Part shown: positions 16,211-25,109 of the stretch, one piece after another
Numbering within the stretch: position 1 is the stretch's first letter
Layout of the letters: the number at the start of each line of letters is the position of its first letter
IMG/VR virus record: IMGVR_UViG_3300002036_000002
Span: 1-34,788 of that record
Source of the DNA: a virus
DNA: 34,788 bases
Strand: one strand, 5' to 3'
Made by a program: the position numbers and the translations under genes
The notes under the pieces: model-generated
Database searches by the model: none
Seen by the model: the letters and a program-made list of their open reading frames with translations, nothing else
What the model was told of the DNA's origin: nothing

Positions 16211-16492
16211 ATGCCAGAAACCATTGAAGAACCAAAAAACTGCGGGTTGGACAGCACCCGCTTGTTCTCCGATTCCGAGCGATTGGAATGGGTGATTGCT
16301 ACCAAAGCCAGCGTGACCCAAGGGGAGCGCATGACGACACGAAAATGGCCACCATCGAAAGATAACCTCGAAACGGTCTATCAATGCGAGTGGTGGAGCA
16401 AAAACGGCGATCTTGTGATGCAGTCCGTGGACGCTCGACACCTGACAATGCGGGATGCAATCGACGCCGCAATGATTTCGGAGAACGCCTAA
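16211..16492 (+). CDS. Hypothetical phage protein.
   Basis: ORF from the track. The motifs SERLEWV and MRDAIDAAM resemble common small phage proteins of unknown function. Confidence 0.5.
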   Translation: MPETIEEPKNCGLDSTRLFSDSERLEWVIATKASVTQGERMTTRKWPPSKDNLETVYQCEWWSKNGDLVMQSVDARHLTMRDAIDAAMISENA

Positions 16493-16507
16493 GATAGCCC
16501 ATCGCCG
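16484..16507 (+). repeat. 24-nt direct repeat, copy 2.
   Basis: Identical to 16166..16189. Here it is followed by gggctat, forming the hairpin atagccc-atcgcc-gggctat. Confidence 0.9.
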
Positions 16508-16607
16508 GGCTATAGACTCACACCCTCAGGATGAAACCTACTAAATCAGATGCAGTGTCGATCCCGCAGAGGGTCGGTGATTGGTTCTCATCGCCTTGTT
16601 AGCCGAT

Positions 16608-16751
16608 ATGGATGCATCAATGTTTAATGGGATCTTCGACGGTCTCCGCTGGGTAATGGGTGGGCTTCTTCTAATGCTACCACTCGGGATTTGGAAAGCC
16701 GTGGAAATCGTAATTTGGATCTTCAAACACGTTTCAATTTCTTTCGGCTAA
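16608..16751 (+). CDS. Small membrane protein of 47 aa, below the track cutoff.
   Basis: MDASMFNGIFDGLRWVMGGLLLMLPLGIWKAVEIVIWIFKHVSISFG, with two hydrophobic stretches. Confidence 0.35.
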   Translation: MDASMFNGIFDGLRWVMGGLLLMLPLGIWKAVEIVIWIFKHVSISFG

Positions 16752-16781
16752 CAGCTAGGATTAACCACCCTGATAAAATAA

Positions 16782-17207
16782 ATGATCACACAAACACAAT
16801 ACCAAAATATCGTATATGCCTCAGAGGCATTAATTGAGAACCACAAGCTAGGTCTTAAGTGTAGAGAAAAATACAGAGATAATGATGAACGTTGTTGTCT
16901 CTGTGTTATGGCAGACCTAGCAGAAGATGTCTTAGAAAGACCTAGAGGTTCTCTAGAAATACCAGAAGAAGTAGGACTTCCAATGTATGAAGAAATGCAC
17001 AAATTTTACGGGATGGATGGGCTCACTTTCAGGTCTGGTTTTAACCCTAAAATTAAAATATTGGGTAAGTATGGAACAATGGCAGACCATAATGATAGTA
17101 ATATTTTCGATTTCTCTGAAGAAGTTATAGGCTATATATCAGAAAAAACCCATGAAGAAATAGGCTTAGCACTACTAGACTGGGCGAACGAACAAGAAAT
17201 AGAATAA
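16782..17207 (+). CDS. Hypothetical protein.
   Basis: ORF from the track. No motif recognised. Confidence 0.45.
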   Translation: MITQTQYQNIVYASEALIENHKLGLKCREKYRDNDERCCLCVMADLAEDVLERPRGSLEIPEEVGLPMYEEMHKFYGMDGLTFRSGFNPKIKILGKYGTMADHNDSNIFDFSEEVIGYISEKTHEEIGLALLDWANEQEIE

Positions 17208-17210
17208 AAC

Positions 17211-17936
17211 ATGAAGCCAGGATATTACATAATAATAGACACGCCAGAGGATACATTTTTCTGGAATGGGACTACATTTAGTTGTGATGATAAAGAAGCG
17301 ATAGTTTTTATATCAGAGAGAAAAGCTGAAATGAGTCTTGAAGACTCAAGAGAGTATTTCCCATCAGCAATGTTAAAATCGTCTGTTTGGGAACTAGGAA
17401 TTTTACTATGTGAATGCACTACTGATGGTCGCGCAAAAATAACCACAAAATATTACGACAAAACAATTGAAGGTAGCGATGTTAAAAACGAGCGGAAACT
17501 AGATCTGAAACAATTGGGCAGTCTAAACGAGCACCAGATCCAAAAATCTTTTTTTGATTGGGTTCGTCTAAATAGGAAAAAACCGGGATTCTCGTGTATA
17601 TTTGCAATACCAAATGGAGGGTCTAGAAATATAGGGACGGCTAGAAAATTAAAAGCGGAAGGCGTTACTCCTGGTATACCAGATGTAATGGTTCCCATTC
17701 CAATAAGTTGCAAAGGGTATTGTGTATCAGGTCTTTACATAGAGTTTAAAACAAAAAAAGGATCCCTTTCAAAAGATCAAAAAAAGATGTGCTTGGCTCT
17801 TAGAGAACTTGGTTATGCGGTTGAAATATGCAGGTCTTCCCAAGAAGCTATAAATTTAGTAACCGAATATATTAATGGGGCATATTCGCCTAAGACATTT
17901 CCTTTTGAAAAAACAAATTCCAATCATGAGCGATAA
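17211..17936 (+). CDS. VRR-NUC domain nuclease (PD-(D/E)XK superfamily) with an N-terminal extension of about 110 aa.
   Basis: IPNGGSRNIGTARKLKAEGVTPGIPDVMV...GLYIEFKTKKGSLSKDQKKMCLALRELGYAVEICRSSQEAI matches the VRR-NUC pattern (G-x-PD ... I-E-x-K ... LS-x-x-Q). Confidence 0.8.
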   Translation: MKPGYYIIIDTPEDTFFWNGTTFSCDDKEAIVFISERKAEMSLEDSREYFPSAMLKSSVWELGILLCECTTDGRAKITTKYYDKTIEGSDVKNERKLDLKQLGSLNEHQIQKSFFDWVRLNRKKPGFSCIFAIPNGGSRNIGTARKLKAEGVTPGIPDVMVPIPISCKGYCVSGLYIEFKTKKGSLSKDQKKMCLALRELGYAVEICRSSQEAINLVTEYINGAYSPKTFPFEKTNSNHER

Positions 17937-18057
17937 ATCAAAGAGTTGCATATTTGTAACAGAATTTGAGCTAGACAAAACAGATAGGGCAAAATTGTAC
18001 TTTGTTCTATTCTTCCAACGAGATCCAAATTTAAACTAATAACTACACAAATTAACC

Positions 18058-19215
18058 ATGAACGAATTCAAATTATCGGAACCTAACAGTAACGAGCTCG
18101 CAGTAAGCGCCGCATCATCTCAGGCCAAAGCTCTTGTAGAGGCAAAGTTTACCATTGCGCTAAACCGACCTAGATCCCTATCTGAGGTTAGAGAGAAATT
18201 GTTGTCAGCATGCAAGAGGAAAAAATTTGCAGAATCAGCAAAATATAAAAAGCCACTAGGACACCAGTCTATCACTGGACCTAGTATAAGATTTGCAGAG
18301 GAGTGCGTTCGATCGATGTCTAATATTGATGTCCAGGCAAATCTACTATTTGAAGATGACGAGAAAAGGATGATAAGAATATCTGTTACGGATTTGGAGA
18401 GTAATACAACGTATGGAGATGACGTCACTATAGTCAAGACAGTAGAAAGAAAAGAGGACTCTCTTCGCGGGAGAGATTGGATTAGGAAGAGAAAAAATTC
18501 TTCTGGAGAAACCATATATGTATGTAAATCCACAGAAGACGAATTTTCTAATAAGCTGGCGTCTGCAAAATCTAAAATAATAAGGAATTCTTCTCTTAGA
18601 ATTGTTCCTTCTGATATAATAGACGAGGCTATGGAAGTCATTGATAAAACTATTTCTAATGGAGACTCCGATCCAAAGATAGAAGCAAAAAAAATATTGG
18701 ATGCAATGGCATCAATGGGGGTTAGCGCCAGGGATTTAGAGAAGTATTTAGGGCATTCTACGGACTCGATGTCACCTAATGAAGTACGGGATTTAAGGTT
18801 TATTTTTACAGCAATCAGAGATGGGGAGACTAATTGGGCATCAGTAATTCAAGTTGAAAAAAAGGATGCAAAGCCCAAATTTTCTAAGGGGCAATCAAAA
18901 AAATTGCCTCCTAAAGAAAAGAAAACACCAGTTAAGGAGGAGCCGGTTAAAGAAGCACCGGTTAAGGAGGAGCCCAACACTGATATTGAATGGTCAAATG
19001 AGCCTGATTCTGAATGGGTAGCTCAGTTTAAATCAAAGCTAAGTGAAGAAGGACTGAATATAAGGCAGGGGATTGATACCCTCAAAAAGTTTGGATTTGC
19101 TAAAAAATCAGCAACAAGAATCGAAGAGGTAGACGAAAGTGCCATTTATACAGCTCTAAGCGATTGGTCTGCGTTTTTGGATGAGGCAAAAATTAAGGAC
19201 CCCTCCAAAGAATAA
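18058..19215 (+). CDS. Putative single-strand annealing protein (RecT-like) with a low-complexity PVKE linker.
   Basis: It lies immediately upstream of a PD-(D/E)XK exonuclease. KLASAKSKIIRNSSLRIVPSD resembles the RecT C-terminal A-x-x-K-x-x-I-R-x-x-x-x-x-x-P motif. Assignment is by context and weak motif only. Confidence 0.45.
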   Translation: MNEFKLSEPNSNELAVSAASSQAKALVEAKFTIALNRPRSLSEVREKLLSACKRKKFAESAKYKKPLGHQSITGPSIRFAEECVRSMSNIDVQANLLFEDDEKRMIRISVTDLESNTTYGDDVTIVKTVERKEDSLRGRDWIRKRKNSSGETIYVCKSTEDEFSNKLASAKSKIIRNSSLRIVPSDIIDEAMEVIDKTISNGDSDPKIEAKKILDAMASMGVSARDLEKYLGHSTDSMSPNEVRDLRFIFTAIRDGETNWASVIQVEKKDAKPKFSKGQSKKLPPKEKKTPVKEEPVKEAPVKEEPNTDIEWSNEPDSEWVAQFKSKLSEEGLNIRQGIDTLKKFGFAKKSATRIEEVDESAIYTALSDWSAFLDEAKIKDPSKE

Positions 19216-19219
19216 AATT

Positions 19220-20137
19220 ATGGACTCAGGTATTTATGCTAATTACAAAGAGTCTGATTATTTTTCTCTCAATGACTCCGTAAAAAGAGGATCTCCTTAT
19301 TGGATAGTTTCAAGGTCAGATTTAGTTGAAGTTCTAAGGTGTCCCAAAGAATGGTATTGTGGTAAACAGGAGGATTACAACGAAAGCCTAAAAATAGGAT
19401 CATTGGTAGATTGCCTCATGTTAACACCCTCAAGGTTTGAGGAATCGTACGCTATTAGGCCATCAACCTATGATGCTCCATCATCAGCAAAAAAAGACTC
19501 GCCGATCATTAAGAAAAAATGGAACGCTAATGCCAATTCTTGCAAAAAATGGGAAAAGGAACAGGCCGATAAAGGAAAGGCAACTGTTTCCAAAAACGAT
19601 ATAGATCAGGCTACTACAATGTGTAAAAATTTAAAATCGAGATGGGTGGATGATTTTGAATGCACTATAGAAGACTTTGTTTCTGAGTGTCAGACACAAG
19701 TTTTGGCTTTGGCTGATTTTACGGATCCTGTTACTGGGATGACAGTAAAATTAAGATCTCTTATAGATATTGTTCCGCCAGAGGGCTTGTGGGATCTGAA
19801 AACTACGCGTGAATTAGAGCCTGGTCATTGGTCGGGATCTGTATCGAGTTTTGGTTACGATGTCCAAGCCGCTATGTATCTAGCTGTTTGGAACAAGGCT
19901 TGTGATGATTCCAGGGAGTCATTTGGGCACATAATAGTTGGAAACCAATATCCATATTTAACCGCTACCCGATATATGAGCGATAGTTATTTGCAGTTGG
20001 GGGAAGCGAAATTTAAAGCTGCTCTAACTAAATATTGTCAATGCATCAGGACTAAAAGTTTTCCTGGATGGTCTCCCGATGGACTTGAAGAAGTAAGGCC
20101 AAGGGAATGGGAGATGAAAAAGTGGGGGGTAACATAA
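19220..20137 (+). CDS. PD-(D/E)XK (RecB/Cas4/RecE-like) exonuclease.
   Basis: The motifs SLIDIVPP...WDLKTTRE (D ... D/E-x-K) and YDVQAAMY (QxxxY). ATG 19220 avoids overlap with the upstream ORF. Confidence 0.75.
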   Translation: MDSGIYANYKESDYFSLNDSVKRGSPYWIVSRSDLVEVLRCPKEWYCGKQEDYNESLKIGSLVDCLMLTPSRFEESYAIRPSTYDAPSSAKKDSPIIKKKWNANANSCKKWEKEQADKGKATVSKNDIDQATTMCKNLKSRWVDDFECTIEDFVSECQTQVLALADFTDPVTGMTVKLRSLIDIVPPEGLWDLKTTRELEPGHWSGSVSSFGYDVQAAMYLAVWNKACDDSRESFGHIIVGNQYPYLTATRYMSDSYLQLGEAKFKAALTKYCQCIRTKSFPGWSPDGLEEVRPREWEMKKWGVT

Positions 20138-20154
20138 AACATAAAAATCATAAA

Positions 20155-20364
20155 ATGGAATCATCAATAGAAGACCAACTGAAATGTGCAGCTACAGAGC
20201 TTGCTAATCGTAGGAACATCTACCCTCTATGGGTATTATCGGGTAAAATGACCGAAGAATCTGCGGAAAAAGGGATTTATAAAATGGGAGAAATAGTCTT
20301 AACCCTTTCTAAAGCTAGGAGAAATGGGGAGATCAAGGCTCCAAAAGAAATTTTCCATGACTGA
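20155..20364 (+). CDS. Conserved small phage protein of unknown function.
   Basis: ELANRRNIYPLWVLSGKMTEESAEKGIYKMGEIVLTL resembles a recurrent motif (R-x-x-YP-x-x-V ... M ... TL) in small proteins of phage replication modules. Confidence 0.45.
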   Translation: MESSIEDQLKCAATELANRRNIYPLWVLSGKMTEESAEKGIYKMGEIVLTLSKARRNGEIKAPKEIFHD

Positions 20365-21328
20365 TAAGATGGCAGATTTACCCTACATGCAACTTTATCC
20401 GTCTGACTGGCTTTCAGATTGCCAGGTTCTTTCAATCGCTTCTCGTGGAGCGTGGCAGACAATCATATGCAAGGCTTGGATTTCTTCAAATCGAGGCGTT
20501 GTCAGTCTTAAAATTGCTGCCTTCGCCCGTCTTTTCGGATCGACCATAGAGGAGGCTCTTGAGGCAATTTTAGAGATCGAGGAAATGGGGATAGCGGACA
20601 TTTCTAGGCTAGAAGATGGGAGAATCGAAATAGTCTGCCGAAGGATTGTCCGTGATATTTCTCGCATGGAAGAGATGGCGAAAAATCGATCGGAGAGGGC
20701 AAAAACTGCCTCAAGAGCTCGATGGGATGCCAAGAAGGGCCTGCAAAAACCAGTCAATGGAACACCCAAAGAATCTTCCGATAATGCTCCAAGCATGCAC
20801 CAAGAATGCGGCAAGCATGACTCAAGCATGACTCAAGCATGCTCCAAGGATTTGCCAAGCAACGGTCAAGCAATCCTTGACGATGCAATACTAGAAGCTA
20901 GAAGTCAGAAGCTAGAAGCTAGAAGTCAGAATCTAAAAACAAGTACCCCCAAAACCCCCAAATCAGAATCCGGGAAAAAATTCAAAAAACCGGAAATTCT
21001 CCAAGTTGCTATGAGGTTCTCATATCTTGGAGCAATCTCTAAAAGAATATCAACAGAACTTGCAGAGAAATTTGTGGCGCATTACGAAAGCAACGGATGG
21101 AAGGTCGGCAAAGTTCCCATGAAATCTTGGGAGTCAGCATGCGTAACCTGGAAATCGAACAACAAGGAATTATTCGAAAAAAAGGAAAAGAGGCCTTCGG
21201 AGCCCAACGGATGGAAGTCGATTGCAAATGACATTGAACCACAAAGGGACTGGTCAAAGGTCAGGTGGGCACACGTTCCTTTTGATCTTCAACACAAGAT
21301 TAAGATCAAACTAGAATCAAATGATTGA
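20357..21328 (+). CDS. DUF1376-family replication initiator / replisome organiser.
   Basis: LPYMQLYPSDWLSDCQVLSIASRGAWQTIICKAW matches the DUF1376 N-terminal signature (YM-x-x-Y-x-x-DW ... G-A-[YW]). It lies directly upstream of, and overlapping, dnaB, and contains the repeat array at 20789. Confidence 0.7.
   Translation: MTDKMADLPYMQLYPSDWLSDCQVLSIASRGAWQTIICKAWISSNRGVVSLKIAAFARLFGSTIEEALEAILEIEEMGIADISRLEDGRIEIVCRRIVRDISRMEEMAKNRSERAKTASRARWDAKKGLQKPVNGTPKESSDNAPSMHQECGKHDSSMTQACSKDLPSNGQAILDDAILEARSQKLEARSQNLKTSTPKTPKSESGKKFKKPEILQVAMRFSYLGAISKRISTELAEKFVAHYESNGWKVGKVPMKSWESACVTWKSNNKELFEKKEKRPSEPNGWKSIANDIEPQRDWSKVRWAHVPFDLQHKIKIKLESND
20789..20876. repeat. Eight phased 11-bp units containing CAAG(C/A/G)A; an iteron-like array and candidate ori.
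   Basis: The units are ccaagcatgca, ccaagaatgcg, gcaagcatgac, tcaagcatgac, tcaagcatgct, ccaaggatttg, ccaagcaacgg and tcaagcaatcc. They start at 20789, 20800, ... 20866. An 11-nt period is not a multiple of 3, so this is not a peptide repeat. Confidence 0.7.
20891..20932. repeat. 2 x 21-bp tandem repeat, internally 7-mers of CTAGAAG/TCAGAAG.
   Basis: ctagaagctagaagtcagaag followed by ctagaagctagaagtcagaat. It encodes LEARSQK LEARSQN. Confidence 0.85.
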
Positions 21329-22682
21329 TCCTTTGCAGGAATTGCCTGATCCAGGGGTGTTAATTTCAATGCCCTACAGCCATGAAGCAGAAAAAGGCCT
21401 TCTAGGCTCAGTTCTGCAAATGCCAAGAGAAGTTCTTGATGAGCTTGCAGGTAGAGTTTCTCAAGCAATGTTCTATGTAGAAGCTCATCGAATAATATTC
21501 GGAATTGTTTCTGATCTATGCGACTCAGGAAAGGTTGTCGATCCTATAACCTTACAGCAAGAGATTACAGATAGAGGCCTTATAGACAATATTGGAGGGC
21601 CTTCATATATTGCGGAACTTTATGTTTTTGTTCCGACTTCTGCGCATTGGGAACATTATTCAGACATCATTAGAGATAAAGCTGCTCTAAGAGATATTAT
21701 AATTACATGTAAGGACACGGTTAAAGAATGTTTCTCTGGAAACCAAGGGATGGAAATTTTAGATAAAATAGAATCTAGACTTTCTGATATAAATGATTCC
21801 CAAGACGTAGCCGGTGAAATCCCCACTCCAAAGGAGGCCGCAATGGAGCTTTTTGACGAGATGCACAAAAAACTAGAGTCCAGAGGGGAATTGGTTGGCA
21901 TCCCTACAAGGTGGTCTTGGATGGACAATTTAACCGGGGGATGGCAAACGGGATTGCATATCGTGGGGGCTAGGCCATCAGTGGGGAAGACTGTTGTTCT
22001 CTGTAATATTGCTTCTAATGCTGCTGTAAATCACAAAAAAAATGTTTTGTTTATTTCTTTAGAGATGGGGAGAACCAAAGTTCTTTCCCGATGCATAGCA
22101 GATCTGAGCAATTTGAACTTTTCAAAACTTAAAAATGGAATGGGATCCATTAATGAGAATAGAAAATTTGCTCAGGGTATTGAGAGCATTACCAAATCCA
22201 CTCTTTGGATAGATGATCGGAAAGATATGGATATTTTAGAAATAAGAGCAAGGGTCAGAAAGCTTAATAGAAAAATCGGACTAGATTTGGTTTTGGTAGA
22301 TTACCTTCAACTAGCATCTGCCAGTAGTGATACGGCAAGACGCGATGACAGGAAACGTTGTAGCGATACAAGCAGGGGGCTAAAGCATCTTTCAGAAGAA
22401 CTTAAAATACCCATAATAGCAGCCGCTCAGCTCTCAAGAGATCATGAGAGAGCCCAAAGACCTCCTAGAGAGTCAGACATCGAGTGGTGCTCTCAGATAG
22501 AACAGGATGCCGATACAATTACCTTAATGCACCCAGACAGGCAGGAGGACGAAGACGAGGATCATGACAAAAGGTTCCGGACTGTGTATTTTAATCTCAT
22601 CAAGCACCGGGACGGCCCTGTTGGAGAAGAGCAAATGAATTTAAATAAAATATGGCAAAGGTTTGAAGAATTAGAAAATTAA
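21321..22682 (+). CDS. dnaB: DnaB-family replicative DNA helicase.
   Basis: N-terminus PYSHEAEKGLLGSVL, Walker A GARPSVGKT, LVLVDYLQL, and AAAQLSRD in the RecA-like domain. Confidence 0.9.
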   Translation: MIDPLQELPDPGVLISMPYSHEAEKGLLGSVLQMPREVLDELAGRVSQAMFYVEAHRIIFGIVSDLCDSGKVVDPITLQQEITDRGLIDNIGGPSYIAELYVFVPTSAHWEHYSDIIRDKAALRDIIITCKDTVKECFSGNQGMEILDKIESRLSDINDSQDVAGEIPTPKEAAMELFDEMHKKLESRGELVGIPTRWSWMDNLTGGWQTGLHIVGARPSVGKTVVLCNIASNAAVNHKKNVLFISLEMGRTKVLSRCIADLSNLNFSKLKNGMGSINENRKFAQGIESITKSTLWIDDRKDMDILEIRARVRKLNRKIGLDLVLVDYLQLASASSDTARRDDRKRCSDTSRGLKHLSEELKIPIIAAAQLSRDHERAQRPPRESDIEWCSQIEQDADTITLMHPDRQEDEDEDHDKRFRTVYFNLIKHRDGPVGEEQMNLNKIWQRFEELEN

Positions 22683-22688
22683 TATCGG

Positions 22689-22717
22689 TTGACTATTTTC
22701 TGATATTGGTCATTATT
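22689..22717 (+). promoter_or_regulatory. Putative promoter for the packaging/structural operon.
   Basis: TTGACT (22689-22694), a 17-nt spacer, then ATTATT. It lies in the intergenic gap between dnaB and terS and shares the GTTGACTATT context with 13602. Confidence 0.35.
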
Positions 22718-22744
22718 GGTTATGAATGATTTTTAATTTGAAAA

Positions 22745-23206
22745 ATGACGGAAGACTCCCCATGGAAGGGCTTGAACGCCCGACAAAAAAAGTGTGTAGA
22801 GCTTTACCAGAAAGGGATGACTCAGCAAGAAGCCTATGAAGCCGCTGGATATACAACCACAGGAAGAGTTTCCGAGACAGCGGCTTCTCGGCTGTTCTCA
22901 AAAGTTAAGACGAAGCGGTATTTGGAATATTTGCAAAAGAAGGCATCTGATGAAACCGTTCTCTCTCTTTTGGAAAAGAGGCGATTCCTAGCAGATGTAG
23001 TGCGGACGCCTATTGGGGATCTTGATTCAAGCTCAAAGCTTATACAGGAAATTGACGAATCTAAAATAAAGCTCATGTCTAAGGCTGAAGCCATAAAAAT
23101 AGACAATCAGATGGCGGGGCATAATGAGCCAGAAAAGATGGATCATAAGCATGATTTGAGTGATGAGCTTTCGTTGATTATGAAAAGCGTTGCTTCTGGC
23201 GAATAG
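22745..23206 (+). CDS. terS: Terminase small subunit.
   Basis: LNARQKKCVELYQKGMTQQEAYEAAGY is the HTH motif typical of Terminase_2-type small subunits. It sits directly upstream of terL. Confidence 0.8.
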   Translation: MTEDSPWKGLNARQKKCVELYQKGMTQQEAYEAAGYTTTGRVSETAASRLFSKVKTKRYLEYLQKKASDETVLSLLEKRRFLADVVRTPIGDLDSSSKLIQEIDESKIKLMSKAEAIKIDNQMAGHNEPEKMDHKHDLSDELSLIMKSVASGE

Positions 23207-23219
23207 GATCAACAAGTAA

Positions 23220-24755
23220 ATGTCCATATCAAATCTAGCTGAAAAGCTTAAGGATCCAATATGGAGATTATCAAATCTTTACAAGGTAAAAGATGAGGCG
23301 ACAGGTAGAGTGCTGCCTTTCAAGCCTAGGCCGGAACAGCTCATCGTTTATGAGGCGATACATCGTAAAAAGCTCAGAAAAATCTTTATACCTAAGGCTC
23401 GTCGTCTTGGTCTTTCAACAGGTATAGACATCCTTGGATTGGATCAATCGCTCTGGACTGAGGGATTTCAGTTTTCTTTGATTGATCAGACTCAAGTTGA
23501 TGCATCAAAAAAGATGCACGACATTGTATATACAGCATTTGATGGGATTGCTGAAGAAATCAGAGATAGGTTCAATGTATTAAGGCGAAATGATTCTGTA
23601 TTCCAGTTTGCTATTCCTGGACTCAATCGATCGACATTCTCTGCCGGGATGAATGCTAGGGGGGGCAACCAGAATGGGCTCCATATTTCTGAGTGGGGGC
23701 CTATTCAATTTAAGGACGCCAGAAGATCAGAGGAGATCATGACCGGAGCTTTGCCTTCTGCAAGGATGGGGTTTACCATAGTGGAAACCACATGGAAGGG
23801 GCGAAAGGGGGGGCATCTTTGGACGATAGCAAAAAATGCCATTGAGACTCCTGAGGAACACAGGACAGACGATGACTGGAACCTTATATTCTTCCCATGG
23901 TGGGTAGATCCTAAGTATTCTACAAAGGGAGACATTTCCCAAATAGATTCAGAAACCAATGAATATTTAGACGATATTGAAAACACTGTCGGGAAAAAGT
24001 TCCTTCCAGAACAGAGGCTTTGGTACTATAAGGCGAAGCAGACATATGGCCTTTTTGTGTATTCTGAGTTTCCTTCTATCGTATCAGAGTGCTGGTTGGC
24101 TCCAATTGAAGGGGCAATTTATCAAAAGATGGTAGCGAGGGCTCGTGAAGATGGGAGAATTTCCAAAGTTCCTGTTGATGGATCTGTTCCAGTAAATACT
24201 TTTTGGGACTTGGGAGCTCCCGAGAACACTGTTGTTTGGTATGTTCAGCTAATCGGGCGCGATATTTATATAATTGATCATGACGCCGGGTTTGATGAGA
24301 CTGTCACCGAAAGGGTTTCTAGAATGATGGCAAAGGGATATAATTATGGAACTCATTACGTTCCTCACGACGGAGTTCGGAAAAACTATAATGGCTGGCA
24401 GATGGATCAGGAACTAAAGCAAGCGGGGCTTAAAAATATAAAAAGCGTTCAGAGAACAATAGATCCGACAATAGGGATAAATAGAGTCCAGCAATTGTTT
24501 CAAAGATTTGTGTTTAGATCTCCGGATTGTGATGAGGGGCTAGAGGCTCTTGAAAATTATCATTGGAAGAAAAACGAGTCTCTTGCTGCGCTTAGAAATG
24601 AGCCAGAACATGATTGGTCAAGCCACCACGCAGATGCTTTAAGAGTTTTGGGGGAGGCTGATATGGCCGGAATGCTAGAAGGAACAAGTAAAACTGCTGT
24701 AGACGGCAGAAGAAGAAGGAACAAGGGGAAAGTTCTAACCGGAATTAGGTATTGA
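23220..24755 (+). CDS. terL: Terminase large subunit.
   Basis: 511 aa. KPRPEQ...IPKARRLGLST is a Walker-A-like motif of phage TerL. The position is between terS and the portal gene. Confidence 0.85.
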   Translation: MSISNLAEKLKDPIWRLSNLYKVKDEATGRVLPFKPRPEQLIVYEAIHRKKLRKIFIPKARRLGLSTGIDILGLDQSLWTEGFQFSLIDQTQVDASKKMHDIVYTAFDGIAEEIRDRFNVLRRNDSVFQFAIPGLNRSTFSAGMNARGGNQNGLHISEWGPIQFKDARRSEEIMTGALPSARMGFTIVETTWKGRKGGHLWTIAKNAIETPEEHRTDDDWNLIFFPWWVDPKYSTKGDISQIDSETNEYLDDIENTVGKKFLPEQRLWYYKAKQTYGLFVYSEFPSIVSECWLAPIEGAIYQKMVARAREDGRISKVPVDGSVPVNTFWDLGAPENTVVWYVQLIGRDIYIIDHDAGFDETVTERVSRMMAKGYNYGTHYVPHDGVRKNYNGWQMDQELKQAGLKNIKSVQRTIDPTIGINRVQQLFQRFVFRSPDCDEGLEALENYHWKKNESLAALRNEPEHDWSSHHADALRVLGEADMAGMLEGTSKTAVDGRRRRNKGKVLTGIRY

Positions 24756-25108
24756 GGGCGTTCGATTCTTTCTATTCTCTTGCTGTTCAAAGAGATAAAG
24801 AGAGGGATTTGGATGAAGCTATTCTGGCTCATTGTGAGAATGGCTATATTCTCAATACTCCTACAACTTTCCTTCTTGCCAGGGCAGTTGAGCGTAGCGC
24901 GTCGGCGCTAGAAATTTCAGATCCTTGGAAGAAATTCCCAGAATCTTCGGACTGCTGGTTTGTCTGGGCGGCCTCTGGAAATATTACAGAAATATTAGAA
25001 TTCATACCATATAAGAAAAAATGGGTTGCCTGGGCTCGCGATGACGTGTTACATTTTCGTGAATTTTGCATAGTAGATAAAATTAGAAGATTTAAAGAAA
25101 GATTTTAA
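24752..25108 (+). CDS. Hypothetical protein.
   Basis: TTG start overlapping the terL stop. There is no internal Met. Confidence 0.4.
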   Translation: MRAFDSFYSLAVQRDKERDLDEAILAHCENGYILNTPTTFLLARAVERSASALEISDPWKKFPESSDCWFVWAASGNITEILEFIPYKKKWVAWARDDVLHFREFCIVDKIRRFKERF

Positions 25109-25109
25109 A

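Noticed and set aside
18900-18975. Nucleotide repeats ccggttaaggaggagcc / ccggttaaagaagcacc in the annealase gene as a regulatory DNA repeat.
   Set aside because: The period is a multiple of 3 and translates to a PVKEEPVKEAPVKEEP linker. The simplest explanation is a low-complexity peptide spacer between domains.
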